DNA from: a virus
Taxonomy: Duplodnaviria > Caudoviricetes
DNA length: 64,000 nt
IMG/VR virus record: IMGVR_UViG_3300035182_001315
Strand: one strand, 5' to 3'
Shown here: positions 37,301 to 46,044 of the stretch, piece by piece
Position numbering within the stretch: the stretch's first letter is position 1
Layout of the letters: every line of letters begins with the position of its first letter
Notes under the pieces: generated by a model
Databases searched by the model: none
What the model was told of the DNA's origin: nothing
What the model saw: the letters and a program-made list of their open reading frames with translations, nothing else
Program-made: the position numbers and the translations under genes

Positions 37301-37926
37301 CCTGCAACCGGATTACCACCAGCAACAAACAAACCATTACCATAGAATATAAAGGCGTAAAGACTTGCCGATTCATTCTTGACATATGTTGACCATGTTG
37401 CCCCACTATCTGTACTACGAATCAAAGAGCCAGTAGAACCAATAACCACGTGTGTACCAGCACTGTTGGTTGCGCCAATACCGTAACAGTTCGCAGCAGG
37501 TGGAGAAGCAAAGGTGTTAACATAGTAAGGAGCAAGTTCAATTGTTGTTCCGGTTCTTACAGCCTTTGTATCAAAATCAACATCTGGAGCAAGTATATTA
37601 AAACTTGACGCAGTAACACCACTTGAGAATGCAGCTGATGTACCAGAAATACTCTGATTAAATATTACATTTGTTGTGAATGCACTAATAGTTGTATTTA
37701 CTGTTCCACCTGTTAAATTTTTCAATGAAAGTGTATTTGCAGAGAAAGTTGCACCCGTTAAGATACTACCAGAACCCCCAGTACCACCAGAGATTTGAGT
37801 GTTTAAGTAAGATGTAAGGGCACTAAGGGATAGAACCATGGTTGAACCGCTGGCATCCATCAAGAAAATATTCTCACCACTTGGTGACGTATTTATCGGA
37901 AATTGACTGATTTCTTTATTTGGCAT
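34351..37926 (-). CDS. Large BNR/Asp-box beta-propeller adhesin (tail spike/fibre)
   Basis: 1191 aa; N-terminal KEISQFP anchor; about 19 S-x-D-G-x-x-W Asp-box repeats. Confidence 0.75.
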   Translation of the reverse strand: MPNKEISQFPINTSPSGENIFLMDASGSTMVLSLSALTSYLNTQISGGTGGSGSILTGATFSANTLSLKNLTGGTVNTTISAFTTNVIFNQSISGTSAAFSSGVTASSFNILAPDVDFDTKAVRTGTTIELAPYYVNTFASPPAANCYGIGATNSAGTHVVIGSTGSLIRSTDSGATWSTYVKNESASLYAFIFYGNGLFVAGGNPVAGNVTLGPVLTYSTDGLNWNDAIISNSTQSTSIDGLAFGNGVFVMTIGLAATASNGYGLYRSTDGINWSEVPLAIPTTLLQSVKTPLQKVLFLGDRFVAYANQAGLIWYSFDGLTWTFSQLPIAQNINAIAYSNGRWHVFSAVANQSYYTNDFITWSTSNVTNTYYGSSGFANAMSSNGANTCIAISTTGARVLRSTDNGANWTDLNYDQIANPGVLTALNTGAAIAVTYYQSGVFYVVGSIGTFYSSDDGVTWGYTAHPIIATTNLVYRIDATKNLLFPTTLYSPIYVQTNPGSSVTYTQVSEGNSAAATNNNSSFPTTFLQTIFPFKFINNKWMVPAASFGFIIQSTDNNPENPFFSVAVPARGFSLGAARNIINVNYSSTANKYLMVGTLGTYSTSLDGITWTNAAPSGDTNVSYAGLDILGDIAVVGTSTGSVRSMSMSAATGFTTRATASGFTGSVSRIVNNGSRFIAVQNLASVKALASDDGTTWSGVTFFSASTLVNNALVLNNTFFIYHNNGFSYSNDGISWTSPIPTPASSGSTLIGITGVYDGATYINVMQNGSLVKSTDAINWTISTPATLMSQGTNQFFQSATNGSGTTVLVQLVYGQVAVTRDSGATWNMVAYGGFSENNSIRAVLNYANGYFVLMNEKIVWYSTDGFIWKTNEGQKNSSSSPAAGVLKKVNGRYFYIASISMSLTSTGAGFRTSTNIASGWTQCFTPLAYTASIIDVVFGAGCYIAAGAGGTILRSTDGINWADVSPISYQSKVGRFYFAGFGNGVFIVGGQWGDVYRSTDGINWTKIYLQSKDDLTAVSYGNGRWLIASNNNSIIWTSTNDGLNWSKEMVGTFIGAPAFMRFFNGFFYISYTITGTSIAGKGLFRSVDGVDWKLIKYSEAGGNVYGLTTDEFNNLYILDYYGVRTSKDGLNWKTANYSTYPVLGSSTVLPFNYYFIVENGRMYIPIPAGVSRFPNANNTQILTATVTNQ

Positions 37927-37936
37927 TTTAATTAGT

Positions 37937-39760
37937 TTAAGGTGTCCAAATTATCCCGAAACCATCTTCTGATAGAATTACGCTATTGTCAGAGGCTAAG
38001 ATAAAATTGTTATCGGGTAAACCCTTACAATCATATCGGGGTAATTCGCTATAATAAATATTTTCAATGTCCGTAAAACTTAAATCACAGATATTAAACT
38101 TGAATTGAGAGATGGCTCCAACGAAAGAACCAGCAAAGTTCTTCTCAATCGGTAGACCCAAATCCGCTTGGTCTCTACCATCAAAGGTTTGTGTTTCGAT
38201 AAGACCCTGAGAACCACCCCCTAAGCTAAAGTTAAAGGGTACAGCTACTTGCTTTTGCCAGTGTTCTTCAAGTCTCCTTGCGATAAATTCATCAAAGTCA
38301 TGCTTTACAAATTTTAATTTCCCGTTCACATAAATATAAAGAGTACCTTTTCTTTTCGGCTGAACCTCAAGACCACAATCATCTAAATAGTTTGTTTTGA
38401 ATCTGATAACGATGTTGCTCCAGCAATTGCCGGTAACCATACCGCTAAGGGAATAACTCTCTTCAACCGTAACACCGCTAACAAAAGTATCACCAGAACA
38501 CATTCCTGTAACGGTTAATAATCTGTAACCAATAGAACCGTCTTCTCTGATTCTAAAACCAATAGCATTATCGATAACATCCAGATTGTAATCAAGGTTA
38601 TCGAATTCTACTGATTTGCTGAATCCGCTGAAGCTACATGCTGTTTCATTCCCAAAGCCGCTCGGTGCTCCACATGAACCACATCTTGTTGCACCACTGT
38701 TGGCCCTTCCGTAAACCAAGAATGGATTTCTATGGTCAGTAACAACCGTCTTAGGTATTGTTTGAATAATCGGTGTACCGTCATAGCTGCATGCTGTTTG
38801 ATTACCGAATCCACTTGGCGCACCACATGAACCACATCTTGTTGCTCCACTGTTCGCACGACCATAGATAAGGAACGGATTGGTGATAAAGTTGGTGGTT
38901 ACTGAATCCGGTGAAAGAGAAATAGTATGCGCTGTTGCGCCGGTTCCACCAAATCCATTTGCGGCATTTATATAAACTTGTGTTTCCTTAGGTATTGTAC
39001 ACCACTCGCTAACCGTATCAGTACAGCCGGTTGGTTGGGTACATCCGCTTGTACATCCTGTATCAGCACCTTCAAATCTATTCCAGAACTTATTTTCTGC
39101 ACGGGTACCCATGTAGAAAAATATACCTGAGTTCTCAGGGTATGTATCGTTGAGCGTTGTGCCGGTGTTACCAGAACAAGGGCCACTATCTCTCTTTAAC
39201 CAAAATTGAGCTGTCCAAGCTTCATGCACCCTCGTAGGAAGGACCTGATAGGTTGAACCGTCAATCTTATAATAACCCTGATAGAATCCACCACAAAATT
39301 GAGCATAGGTTCCAGCGTTGCCGCTGATGGACGGTACAATATCAATAGGATAGATATAGTTGCCTGTGGTGCCCGTAACTCTTGTGAAGTGCATCCTTGT
39401 ATCACCTGAAGGAATAACGAGCGTAGTGCCGGTTAATGCAGATAACAACGCTTGATTGGATGTATCTCCGCTCAACTTCTCAAATGTTACTAACCCATTG
39501 TCGATACCTGTAAGACCAATTGTGCTGAAGGTATAACCAGTATTGGTTGCGCCGGTCCAGCTTACAAGGCTTGAAATGGTATTGGCAGATGTTGCGCCGG
39601 TGTAGAAGATACCTGAATTATTGAAATCAATATAGGTAACTGTACAGTCTGGTGGTCCAACCAATGGTGATTCATCGACCCCTAAAAAGAAATCCCAGTA
39701 ATCACTATTGCTTAGTATTACATCTAATTTATTAAAATTAAAATTTCGTATGTTCTGCAT
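37937..39760 (-). CDS. Concanavalin A/LamG-like structural protein, Cys-rich
   Basis: WTAQFWLK, GTLYIYVNGKL and FVGAISQFKF LamG-like strands; about 18 Cys; internal duplication. Confidence 0.6.
   Translation of the reverse strand: MQNIRNFNFNKLDVILSNSDYWDFFLGVDESPLVGPPDCTVTYIDFNNSGIFYTGATSANTISSLVSWTGATNTGYTFSTIGLTGIDNGLVTFEKLSGDTSNQALLSALTGTTLVIPSGDTRMHFTRVTGTTGNYIYPIDIVPSISGNAGTYAQFCGGFYQGYYKIDGSTYQVLPTRVHEAWTAQFWLKRDSGPCSGNTGTTLNDTYPENSGIFFYMGTRAENKFWNRFEGADTGCTSGCTQPTGCTDTVSEWCTIPKETQVYINAANGFGGTGATAHTISLSPDSVTTNFITNPFLIYGRANSGATRCGSCGAPSGFGNQTACSYDGTPIIQTIPKTVVTDHRNPFLVYGRANSGATRCGSCGAPSGFGNETACSFSGFSKSVEFDNLDYNLDVIDNAIGFRIREDGSIGYRLLTVTGMCSGDTFVSGVTVEESYSLSGMVTGNCWSNIVIRFKTNYLDDCGLEVQPKRKGTLYIYVNGKLKFVKHDFDEFIARRLEEHWQKQVAVPFNFSLGGGSQGLIETQTFDGRDQADLGLPIEKNFAGSFVGAISQFKFNICDLSFTDIENIYYSELPRYDCKGLPDNNFILASDNSVILSEDGFGIIWTP
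38624..38881 (-). repeat. Two copies of a 35-aa Cys-rich motif (NPFLxYGRANSGATRCGSCGAPSGFGNxTACS), 153 nt apart
   Basis: Copies at 38777-38881 and 38624-38728; differences are mostly at synonymous positions. Confidence 0.85.
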
Positions 39761-39762
39761 TA

Positions 39763-40986
39763 TTAAAAGGTTTCAAGCTTCGTTCTTTTCCAGCCAGTAT
39801 TTGTTTTTATATAAAGATATTCGTTGTCTCGTGTCACAGAACCTTCAAGCTCAGCTATCTCTAACGCTGATTGCGGTGTATAGAAAGGAATAACCAAACC
39901 CATTGGCTTGAGGTTATTGTTCGTAATCCAATCACCATGCTTGTCAGTTACAAACTCAGCTGTACCATCTTCACTCATCGCATGCAAGACCTTCATACCA
40001 CCACCGATTGATGAACCGTAGTTTCCGTTGAAGTTTAATTCAATGTCATTATCTTCAGCTATGATGGTCTGTGTATTCACGACACTCTTACTTGTTATGG
40101 TACCACCACTGCTTACAAGTTCTTTTAATGCTTCAACCAACAAAGGAGTTACATTATCATAATGCACACCCATGTAAAGTTCTGGCGACTTTTTGTTTAC
40201 GAAAGCCAGTTCAGGTACTGCCTTAGCAACTTCCTGAGCAATAAATCCAATTCTCTTATCACCAGTTGGTTCAAGGGCCCAGTTGTAATAAATACCACTT
40301 AAGGAAAGGACCTTACCCAAAGCTCCGGTGATTGGAACAATGTTTGTTTTGAGTCTTTTATCAGAAGTATTCACGGTTAACGTACCATCTGAAGTATAAT
40401 GTAACGAACCGGCCTGTGCTGCCGAACCGATGTTTGTAAATTGAGCATCGCCGGTTGCAATCAATTGTTTTGTTCTTGTGATACCTGAAACATCAACCCA
40501 GATTGTACGGCCAGTAAAATCCAGTGTACCGGCAGTCAGGAATTGAAGAACTTGAGTTGTTGCTTGACCAGAATAATTTCCACCACCCAAGTTCAAATAT
40601 GTTGTTGGGGTGAAGTCATAACTTACGCCGGAGTAAATCAGAACCACGGTATTTCCGTCAATTACGGTTGTGGTTTTGGCTGTGAAGCCTTTGGTATACT
40701 GGGTAGTTGCACTCAAGTTGGCTGAAAGTGGGGTAAAAAGACCTGTTACAGCCAAATTCATATTTGAATTTCCAAAATTGTATGTTGTTGTTGTCGCATT
40801 ACCTGAAAAAGTACTTGAAACGTTGGTTAATGTGCTTGTTTGTCCAGTTGCCAATAAGTCAGGGCCGTGTGTCAACGCACTGAAAGGAACACCAAATACC
40901 GTAGTTCCTGATAACACGGTAGTTGTCTCAGGTCTCTGCTTAATTTGTCTGTTATCCGAAAAGTCCAATTTTGTTCTAAATGCCAT
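39763..40986 (-). CDS. Tail fibre with intramolecular chaperone (peptidase S74) domain
   Basis: TSDKRLKTNI, YYNW, IGFIAQEV, VHYDNVTPLLVEALKEL. Confidence 0.85.
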   Translation of the reverse strand: MAFRTKLDFSDNRQIKQRPETTTVLSGTTVFGVPFSALTHGPDLLATGQTSTLTNVSSTFSGNATTTTYNFGNSNMNLAVTGLFTPLSANLSATTQYTKGFTAKTTTVIDGNTVVLIYSGVSYDFTPTTYLNLGGGNYSGQATTQVLQFLTAGTLDFTGRTIWVDVSGITRTKQLIATGDAQFTNIGSAAQAGSLHYTSDGTLTVNTSDKRLKTNIVPITGALGKVLSLSGIYYNWALEPTGDKRIGFIAQEVAKAVPELAFVNKKSPELYMGVHYDNVTPLLVEALKELVSSGGTITSKSVVNTQTIIAEDNDIELNFNGNYGSSIGGGMKVLHAMSEDGTAEFVTDKHGDWITNNNLKPMGLVIPFYTPQSALEIAELEGSVTRDNEYLYIKTNTGWKRTKLETF

Positions 40987-41002
40987 TTTTGAGCGGTTTA
41001 TT

Positions 41003-41032
41003 ATAAATATTCGGCCTTTCTGATATATTTAT
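41003..41032. promoter_or_regulatory. Back-to-back ATATTTAT putative late promoters at the strand switch
   Basis: ATAAATAT at 41003-41010 (minus-strand motif for gene 40986) and ATATTTAT at 41025-41032 (for gene 41049). The same motif precedes at least 13 gene starts in the window. Confidence 0.65.
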
Positions 41033-41048
41033 GATTAAAGAATTATTT

Positions 41049-41534
41049 ATGTCAATGAATAAAAATGATATTGCTGAAAATCCAATCACAGAATTAGTTG
41101 ATTCTGAAGGTAGCCCAATCAGCGGTGACAGGAACGCTACAAGCGATTCTGAAATCGAAACTGGGCCTGTTCAGAAGCCATTTAACGATGATTCTGACTA
41201 CGAAAAAGGCATGTCAACAACAACTGACAGAGCGACAAGATATGCTCAGAATATACCTTGGTTTGCTGTTTACAGCTATGGTCAAACCGCTGGCCCAATT
41301 GCCAGAGTGAATGAAACCAAAAAGAAATTAACCAAGAAGCAACTTGAAGAGGATATCAAGGAAGACCTTGTAAAGAAGTCAACCAGAGACCGTGATGTAA
41401 TGAGCAAAGAAGAGAAGGCTGAGAAATTGATTGATAAAATCGGTGATGCAATTGATGCTGTTGAATTAACGCCGGACCAGCTTGAGAAGATAAAGACCGC
41501 TGTAATGAATAAATTGAGCAAAGCAGATGCCTAA
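41049..41534 (+). CDS. Hypothetical protein
   Basis: Start MSMNKND at 41049 (downstream of the promoter motif) preferred over 41031; charged C-terminus. Confidence 0.65.
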   Translation: MSMNKNDIAENPITELVDSEGSPISGDRNATSDSEIETGPVQKPFNDDSDYEKGMSTTTDRATRYAQNIPWFAVYSYGQTAGPIARVNETKKKLTKKQLEEDIKEDLVKKSTRDRDVMSKEEKAEKLIDKIGDAIDAVELTPDQLEKIKTAVMNKLSKADA

Positions 41535-41982
41535 CCAAAAACTTGTAAATAAGGTTTATGACGTACCACCGGAGCTTCAGAGCTTTTTGGGGCCGACAAT
41601 CACCTACCAGAACCTTAAGATGACGAAATCTCGTTTAAAAAAGGCTCAGGATGATAAAAATGTGGCTGAATTTGATAGAAAAGGTGGAGAAAACGTAAAA
41701 AAATGGATTGATGGCTTGTTGAAAAAGGACCGTGACGCTATTTATAATACTAAGAAGATTGGGATGGATACTGGCCGTGAGAATCAGTTTTTGAAAACCC
41801 ATGACAAGGACCAGAGCAAGAACCCAACTAAGGTTGGTGGTTTGCCGAAGATTGGAAAGGGGAGTGTGAACAGGAAAATAATGACGAACACAGAAGTTTA
41901 CAACGAATCCATCAATAAAGAATTAAAAGATATCATATACCTGATGGAGTATATGGATAATAATAAAAAACAAACAATTTAA
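41527..41982 (+). CDS. Hypothetical protein
   Basis: 151-aa Lys-rich ORF overlapping the previous stop. Confidence 0.65.
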   Translation: MPNQKLVNKVYDVPPELQSFLGPTITYQNLKMTKSRLKKAQDDKNVAEFDRKGGENVKKWIDGLLKKDRDAIYNTKKIGMDTGRENQFLKTHDKDQSKNPTKVGGLPKIGKGSVNRKIMTNTEVYNESINKELKDIIYLMEYMDNNKKQTI

Positions 41983-41983
41983 T

Positions 41984-42352
41984 ATGCCAATTCCACACTT
42001 ACCAGATGGCGGACAGTCCGCATTAGAGCTTGCAGCAATCAAGCAAAGAAACATATTAATTCCGATTAATATCTACAACAATGCTGCTGAGGCTAACGAG
42101 TACACAGCTACTCACTCAAGAGCCTTGGCTGACCAGAAGACCCCTCACTACGGTAAGGGTACTGGTAATTTCTTGGATATCTATAACTACAATGCCGGTT
42201 CTGACTGGGACCAATTTGGTAACCAATCAAACTCTGTAGGTTCTGGTAGAAACCCAGCATTTGCAAACAATTTCGGTACATGGGGTTATGATAACACTCA
42301 TTACTACTTGTCACCGGATATGTCTAAGAACGTTGGTCAGGTAATAATCTAA
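41984..42352 (+). CDS. Hypothetical protein (possible virion protein)
   Basis: 122-aa Asn/Gly/Tyr-rich ORF, tightly coupled to its neighbours. Confidence 0.6.
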   Translation: MPIPHLPDGGQSALELAAIKQRNILIPINIYNNAAEANEYTATHSRALADQKTPHYGKGTGNFLDIYNYNAGSDWDQFGNQSNSVGSGRNPAFANNFGTWGYDNTHYYLSPDMSKNVGQVII

Positions 42353-42359
42353 ACCAAAC

Positions 42360-42860
42360 ATGAAGCTTTACAATCTACTTGAAGATATTATATTAGAGGA
42401 AACAGTTAAAGCGAAAGCACTGTTGACTGAGGGGGTTGCGGATTCAGATGTTATAGCGGCTATTAACGGCAAATACAACGTTAATATCCTTTATGACGAC
42501 TATCCCGATGCTCAGCCAGCTACTGCCCCAAGCAAAAGATATATTCAAGTTTATGCCTTCGCCGAAACGAAAGCAGGTAATAAAGCAATAAGAGCCTTCC
42601 AAATCTTTGGTGGCTCGAAAACAACGCCAAAGAATGGCGCATGGAAGATATTCAGATTGGATAGAATCCGTGGATGGTTCCCAACAAAGGTTAAGTTCGC
42701 TCAACCAGTTTCAAACAAGGACCCAAACATTCCGGCATATAATAACAACGGTGACAGAAGCATGTCACGAGTTTATAATAAGGTGGATTTTAATAAACCA
42801 CAACCAGTAAACAAACCGAAAAATGGACCAACCAACACCAGTGGACCTGAACAAGCTTAA
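42360..42860 (+). CDS. WYL-like domain protein
   Basis: VNILYDD...RYIQVYAFAETKAGNKAIRAFQ...WKIFRLDRI matches the WYL pattern. Confidence 0.65.
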   Translation: MKLYNLLEDIILEETVKAKALLTEGVADSDVIAAINGKYNVNILYDDYPDAQPATAPSKRYIQVYAFAETKAGNKAIRAFQIFGGSKTTPKNGAWKIFRLDRIRGWFPTKVKFAQPVSNKDPNIPAYNNNGDRSMSRVYNKVDFNKPQPVNKPKNGPTNTSGPEQA

Positions 42861-43443
42861 AGGTATTCTATCAGCATCAAGAAAATTGATGACGAAGGTA
42901 GAAAGCAATGACTATACAACAGGGCACATCGACTCAAGAGCACTTAACCAAGATGGTATCAACCTTATCAAAGGTGAAGACCCAGAAGTTAGAGCGGCAT
43001 CAAGAACACCTCAATCAGTTGTTCCAGCTGGCGGCTTTAGTACTGAACAAATTAATAACTCAAATCTTCCACCGGCTGTTAAGAAAGCTATGTTGGAAAG
43101 ACCTATACCACAACTCACAGGACTTAATCACACATTCACATTGGATGACGTAACTGATGATTCAGCTTACGAAAAACCAGCAGGCTTTGTTAAGCCGAAA
43201 GCTCAACCACAACAGAAGGCTGCGCCAAGACAACAAATTGCTGAGCAAAGAACACACAACACAGATTTGATTACCATCAGTAAGACTGAGCTAAAAGAAA
43301 TGGTGGATGCATTGGTAAACGAGAAACTGTTAGAACATTACACCAAGGCTGCATCAAGCAGAATTACAGAAGATGCCGTGAAGAAAACCATCGGAATGAT
43401 GATTAAAGAAGGCAAGTTAACCCCAAAAAAGAAGATAGCATAA
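42823..43443 (+). CDS. Hypothetical protein
   Basis: 206-aa ORF followed by a terminator. Confidence 0.65.
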   Translation: MDQPTPVDLNKLKGILSASRKLMTKVESNDYTTGHIDSRALNQDGINLIKGEDPEVRAASRTPQSVVPAGGFSTEQINNSNLPPAVKKAMLERPIPQLTGLNHTFTLDDVTDDSAYEKPAGFVKPKAQPQQKAAPRQQIAEQRTHNTDLITISKTELKEMVDALVNEKLLEHYTKAASSRITEDAVKKTIGMMIKEGKLTPKKKIA

Positions 43444-43464
43444 GCTAAAATAAGATTATTTTTC

Positions 43465-43494
43465 AAAAGGACCTGATTTTCGGGTCCTTTTTTA
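43465..43494 (+). terminator. Rho-independent terminator
   Basis: AAAAGGACCTGA-TTT-TCGGGTCCTTTT followed by a T tract. Confidence 0.75.
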
Positions 43495-43540
43495 TTTACA
43501 AATATCCGGGATTGTTTATATTAAGTCCAAAGTTTAAAAT

Positions 43541-44779
43541 ATGAGCAAAATCAAGGTTTTAGTTATCCCTTCCGACAGGACAGGTGTAAGTTATTTCAGA
43601 AGCACCAGCCCTCACATAGCCTTAGAAGAAAAATATCCCGACGAATTCCACATCGACATCGACTACGAGCCACAGATGCTCAATGACGAATGGGTGAAAC
43701 AATACGACATCATTCATTATCACCGTACACTTGGCCCTTTCGAAGGCGTTCCAGCCCTTTTGGATCGCATGGATAAGCTTGGCGTTGTTACTATAATGGA
43801 CTTGGATGACTATTGGTCTCCCGGCCCACACCATCCGGGGTATCTCATGATTAAGAATTCAGGTATGGATAAGCAAATCCTTGCTAACGTCCGTTCTGCA
43901 AGAAACATCACAACCACAACCCCTATATTCGCCGAAGAAATGAAGCGATTCAATCCGAACGTAACTGTTCTACCTAATGCCATTGACCCAAAACAAAAGC
44001 AATTCGTTTCGAATCCAGAACCTTCTGAAAGAATAAGAATCGGCTGGTTAGGCGGTTCAAGCCATTTGCATGACTTGGAAATCCTTAATGGACTTGTTAG
44101 TAAGGTAAAGAGCCATGGCCTTATAGATAAGGTACAATTCGTTCTGTGTGGATTCGATATCAGAGGCGCTATTACCATGATTGACGAGAAGACCAAAGAA
44201 CAGAAACAAAGACCTATCAAGCCACACGAAAGTGTTTGGTGCCAGTACGAAAGAATCTTCACGGATAACTACGGTACAATAAGCCCAGAATACAGAGCGT
44301 TCCTTGAACAGTTCATTCCTAATTCAGAATACCCAGATATCAAGAACCAACCTTACAGAAGAGTTTGGACAAAACCTATCAGCACATACGCTTCAAACTA
44401 TAACCTGTTTGATATCTCATTGGCACCAATCGAAGAGAATACCTTCAATAAGGTAAAGAGCCAGCTGAAGATAATTGAAGGTGGCTTCCATAAGAAAGCA
44501 GTTATTGCTCAGGACTTTGGCCCTTACCAAATCGATGTGAACCCAGCCAACAAATTCGGCGGCGAATGGGACCCAGAAGGTAACGGTATCCTTATTGACA
44601 CAAACAAAAATCATAAGGATTGGTTCAAGTATGTAAAGAAGCTTATTGAACAGCCAGAACTCATCGCTCAATTAAGTACAAATCTTCATAACATGGTGAG
44701 CCAGAAATATTCTGTATCAGCTGTTTCTGATGAAAGAAGAGAACTTTACAAGAGATTGGTTACTGAAAAAAAGAAGTAA
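43541..44779 (+). CDS. Glycosyltransferase, GT-B fold (GT4-like)
   Basis: SDRTGVSYFRS, MDLDDYW, VLPNAID, IGWLGGSSH, DISLAPIEENTFNKVKSQLKIIE. Confidence 0.85.
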   Translation: MSKIKVLVIPSDRTGVSYFRSTSPHIALEEKYPDEFHIDIDYEPQMLNDEWVKQYDIIHYHRTLGPFEGVPALLDRMDKLGVVTIMDLDDYWSPGPHHPGYLMIKNSGMDKQILANVRSARNITTTTPIFAEEMKRFNPNVTVLPNAIDPKQKQFVSNPEPSERIRIGWLGGSSHLHDLEILNGLVSKVKSHGLIDKVQFVLCGFDIRGAITMIDEKTKEQKQRPIKPHESVWCQYERIFTDNYGTISPEYRAFLEQFIPNSEYPDIKNQPYRRVWTKPISTYASNYNLFDISLAPIEENTFNKVKSQLKIIEGGFHKKAVIAQDFGPYQIDVNPANKFGGEWDPEGNGILIDTNKNHKDWFKYVKKLIEQPELIAQLSTNLHNMVSQKYSVSAVSDERRELYKRLVTEKKK

Positions 44780-44795
44780 AAAGTTTTAGCTAAGG

Positions 44796-44826
44796 TTGCA
44801 ACACTGGGAAAGTTTTGGTATATTTG
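44796..44826 (+). promoter_or_regulatory. Bacteroidota-type promoter TTGCAA-N17-TATATTTG
   Basis: TTG at 44796-44798, TAnnTTTG at 44819-44826, 16 nt before the ATG at 44843. Confidence 0.65.
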
Positions 44827-44842
44827 CGAAAATTCAATACCT

Positions 44843-45436
44843 ATGACTCCAATTTCTAATGAAACCATCGCAAAGAATGCGAGAAAATTCTTCAAAGTAG
44901 CCACAGAAAAGGGCTTCATGAACGACGAATTAATGACCTTCTTAGGCTCAAACTTTATCGAAGCACCAGCCACTACAATGAAGGACATGAATAACGCATT
45001 TAAGGGTGGTCTTATTGACCATATTCTTAAGGTTACAACCTATGCTATCGGCTTAAACGACCTTCACAAAACAAACAAGGTTGATGCAACAAGCATTCTT
45101 AAGGTTTGTTTCCTTCACCAGATTGGCAAGGCACATTCTTATGTTCCAAACCCATCACAATGGCATGTTGAAAAACAAGGAAAGATTTACGAATTCACTG
45201 ACCAGCTTTCTATGCGTGTTGGTGAACGCTCTGCTTTCTATGCATTGTCTCACGGTATTACACTTACCGAAGAAGAATACCAAGCCATCGTTAATCATGA
45301 CAAGGATGACTCCGACAAACAATCCAAATACCATAACTCATGGTTGGGTGATTTGTTGAAGATTGCCACGGTTATGGCCATCGCTGAAGAAAAAAATACT
45401 AAGCCAGCAGTAGCAGTAGCAGCAGTTGCTGAATAA
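44843..45436 (+). CDS. HD-domain-like phosphohydrolase (HD altered to HQ)
   Basis: GGLIDHILKV...CFLHQIGK...RSAFYAL...IVNHD pattern of YhaM-like HD domains. Confidence 0.65.
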   Translation: MTPISNETIAKNARKFFKVATEKGFMNDELMTFLGSNFIEAPATTMKDMNNAFKGGLIDHILKVTTYAIGLNDLHKTNKVDATSILKVCFLHQIGKAHSYVPNPSQWHVEKQGKIYEFTDQLSMRVGERSAFYALSHGITLTEEEYQAIVNHDKDDSDKQSKYHNSWLGDLLKIATVMAIAEEKNTKPAVAVAAVAE

Positions 45437-45445
45437 TTTTATACC

Positions 45446-46027
45446 ATGGACGTAACAAGAATGACAGAGAAATTGCTTCTGACACTTGACCCAAATTCGG
45501 GTTATACTCAGAAGGATTTTGAAAAGGAATTCATGCAAGCAACGGTGAACTCCGCTGCTCTTAAGACAGACTTCTATAAGTTGAAGGTTAACTTCGTAAA
45601 CGAATCAAACAACCCAAACCCAGAGTACGCAACTCCCGGTTCTTCAGGCTTTGATTTACGTGCTAACCTTGAAGAACCACTTGAGATTCAAGCTGGACAA
45701 AGAAAACTGGTACCAACCGGCCTCTTCTTTGAACTACCAGACAACTATGAACTTCAGGTGCGCCCACGTAGCGGCCTTGCAATCAAGCAAGGTATTACCG
45801 TATTGAATACGCCGGGAACTGTAGATTCTGATTACCGTGGTGAAGTTAAGGTTATCCTTATCAATCTGAGCACAATCACTCAAGCCATTTTACATGGTGA
45901 TAGAATTGCTCAGGCAGTTATTGCTCCGGTTACAGCATCAAACATTGTGAAGCTACTTCAAATTGAAACAATTGGAACCAACACAGAAAGAGGTGCCGGT
46001 GGGTTTGGTTCAACGGGTTTACAATAA
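45446..46027 (+). CDS. dut: Trimeric dUTPase
   Basis: All five motifs present: [37 protein letters not shown]. Confidence 0.95.
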   Translation: MDVTRMTEKLLLTLDPNSGYTQKDFEKEFMQATVNSAALKTDFYKLKVNFVNESNNPNPEYATPGSSGFDLRANLEEPLEIQAGQRKLVPTGLFFELPDNYELQVRPRSGLAIKQGITVLNTPGTVDSDYRGEVKVILINLSTITQAILHGDRIAQAVIAPVTASNIVKLLQIETIGTNTERGAGGFGSTGLQ

Positions 46028-46044
46028 TTCAAAAGATTTAATTT

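Noticed and set aside
13188-40986. Diversity-generating retroelement acting on fibres
   Set aside because: No reverse transcriptase in the window; the repeats differ mainly at synonymous positions rather than specifically at adenines.
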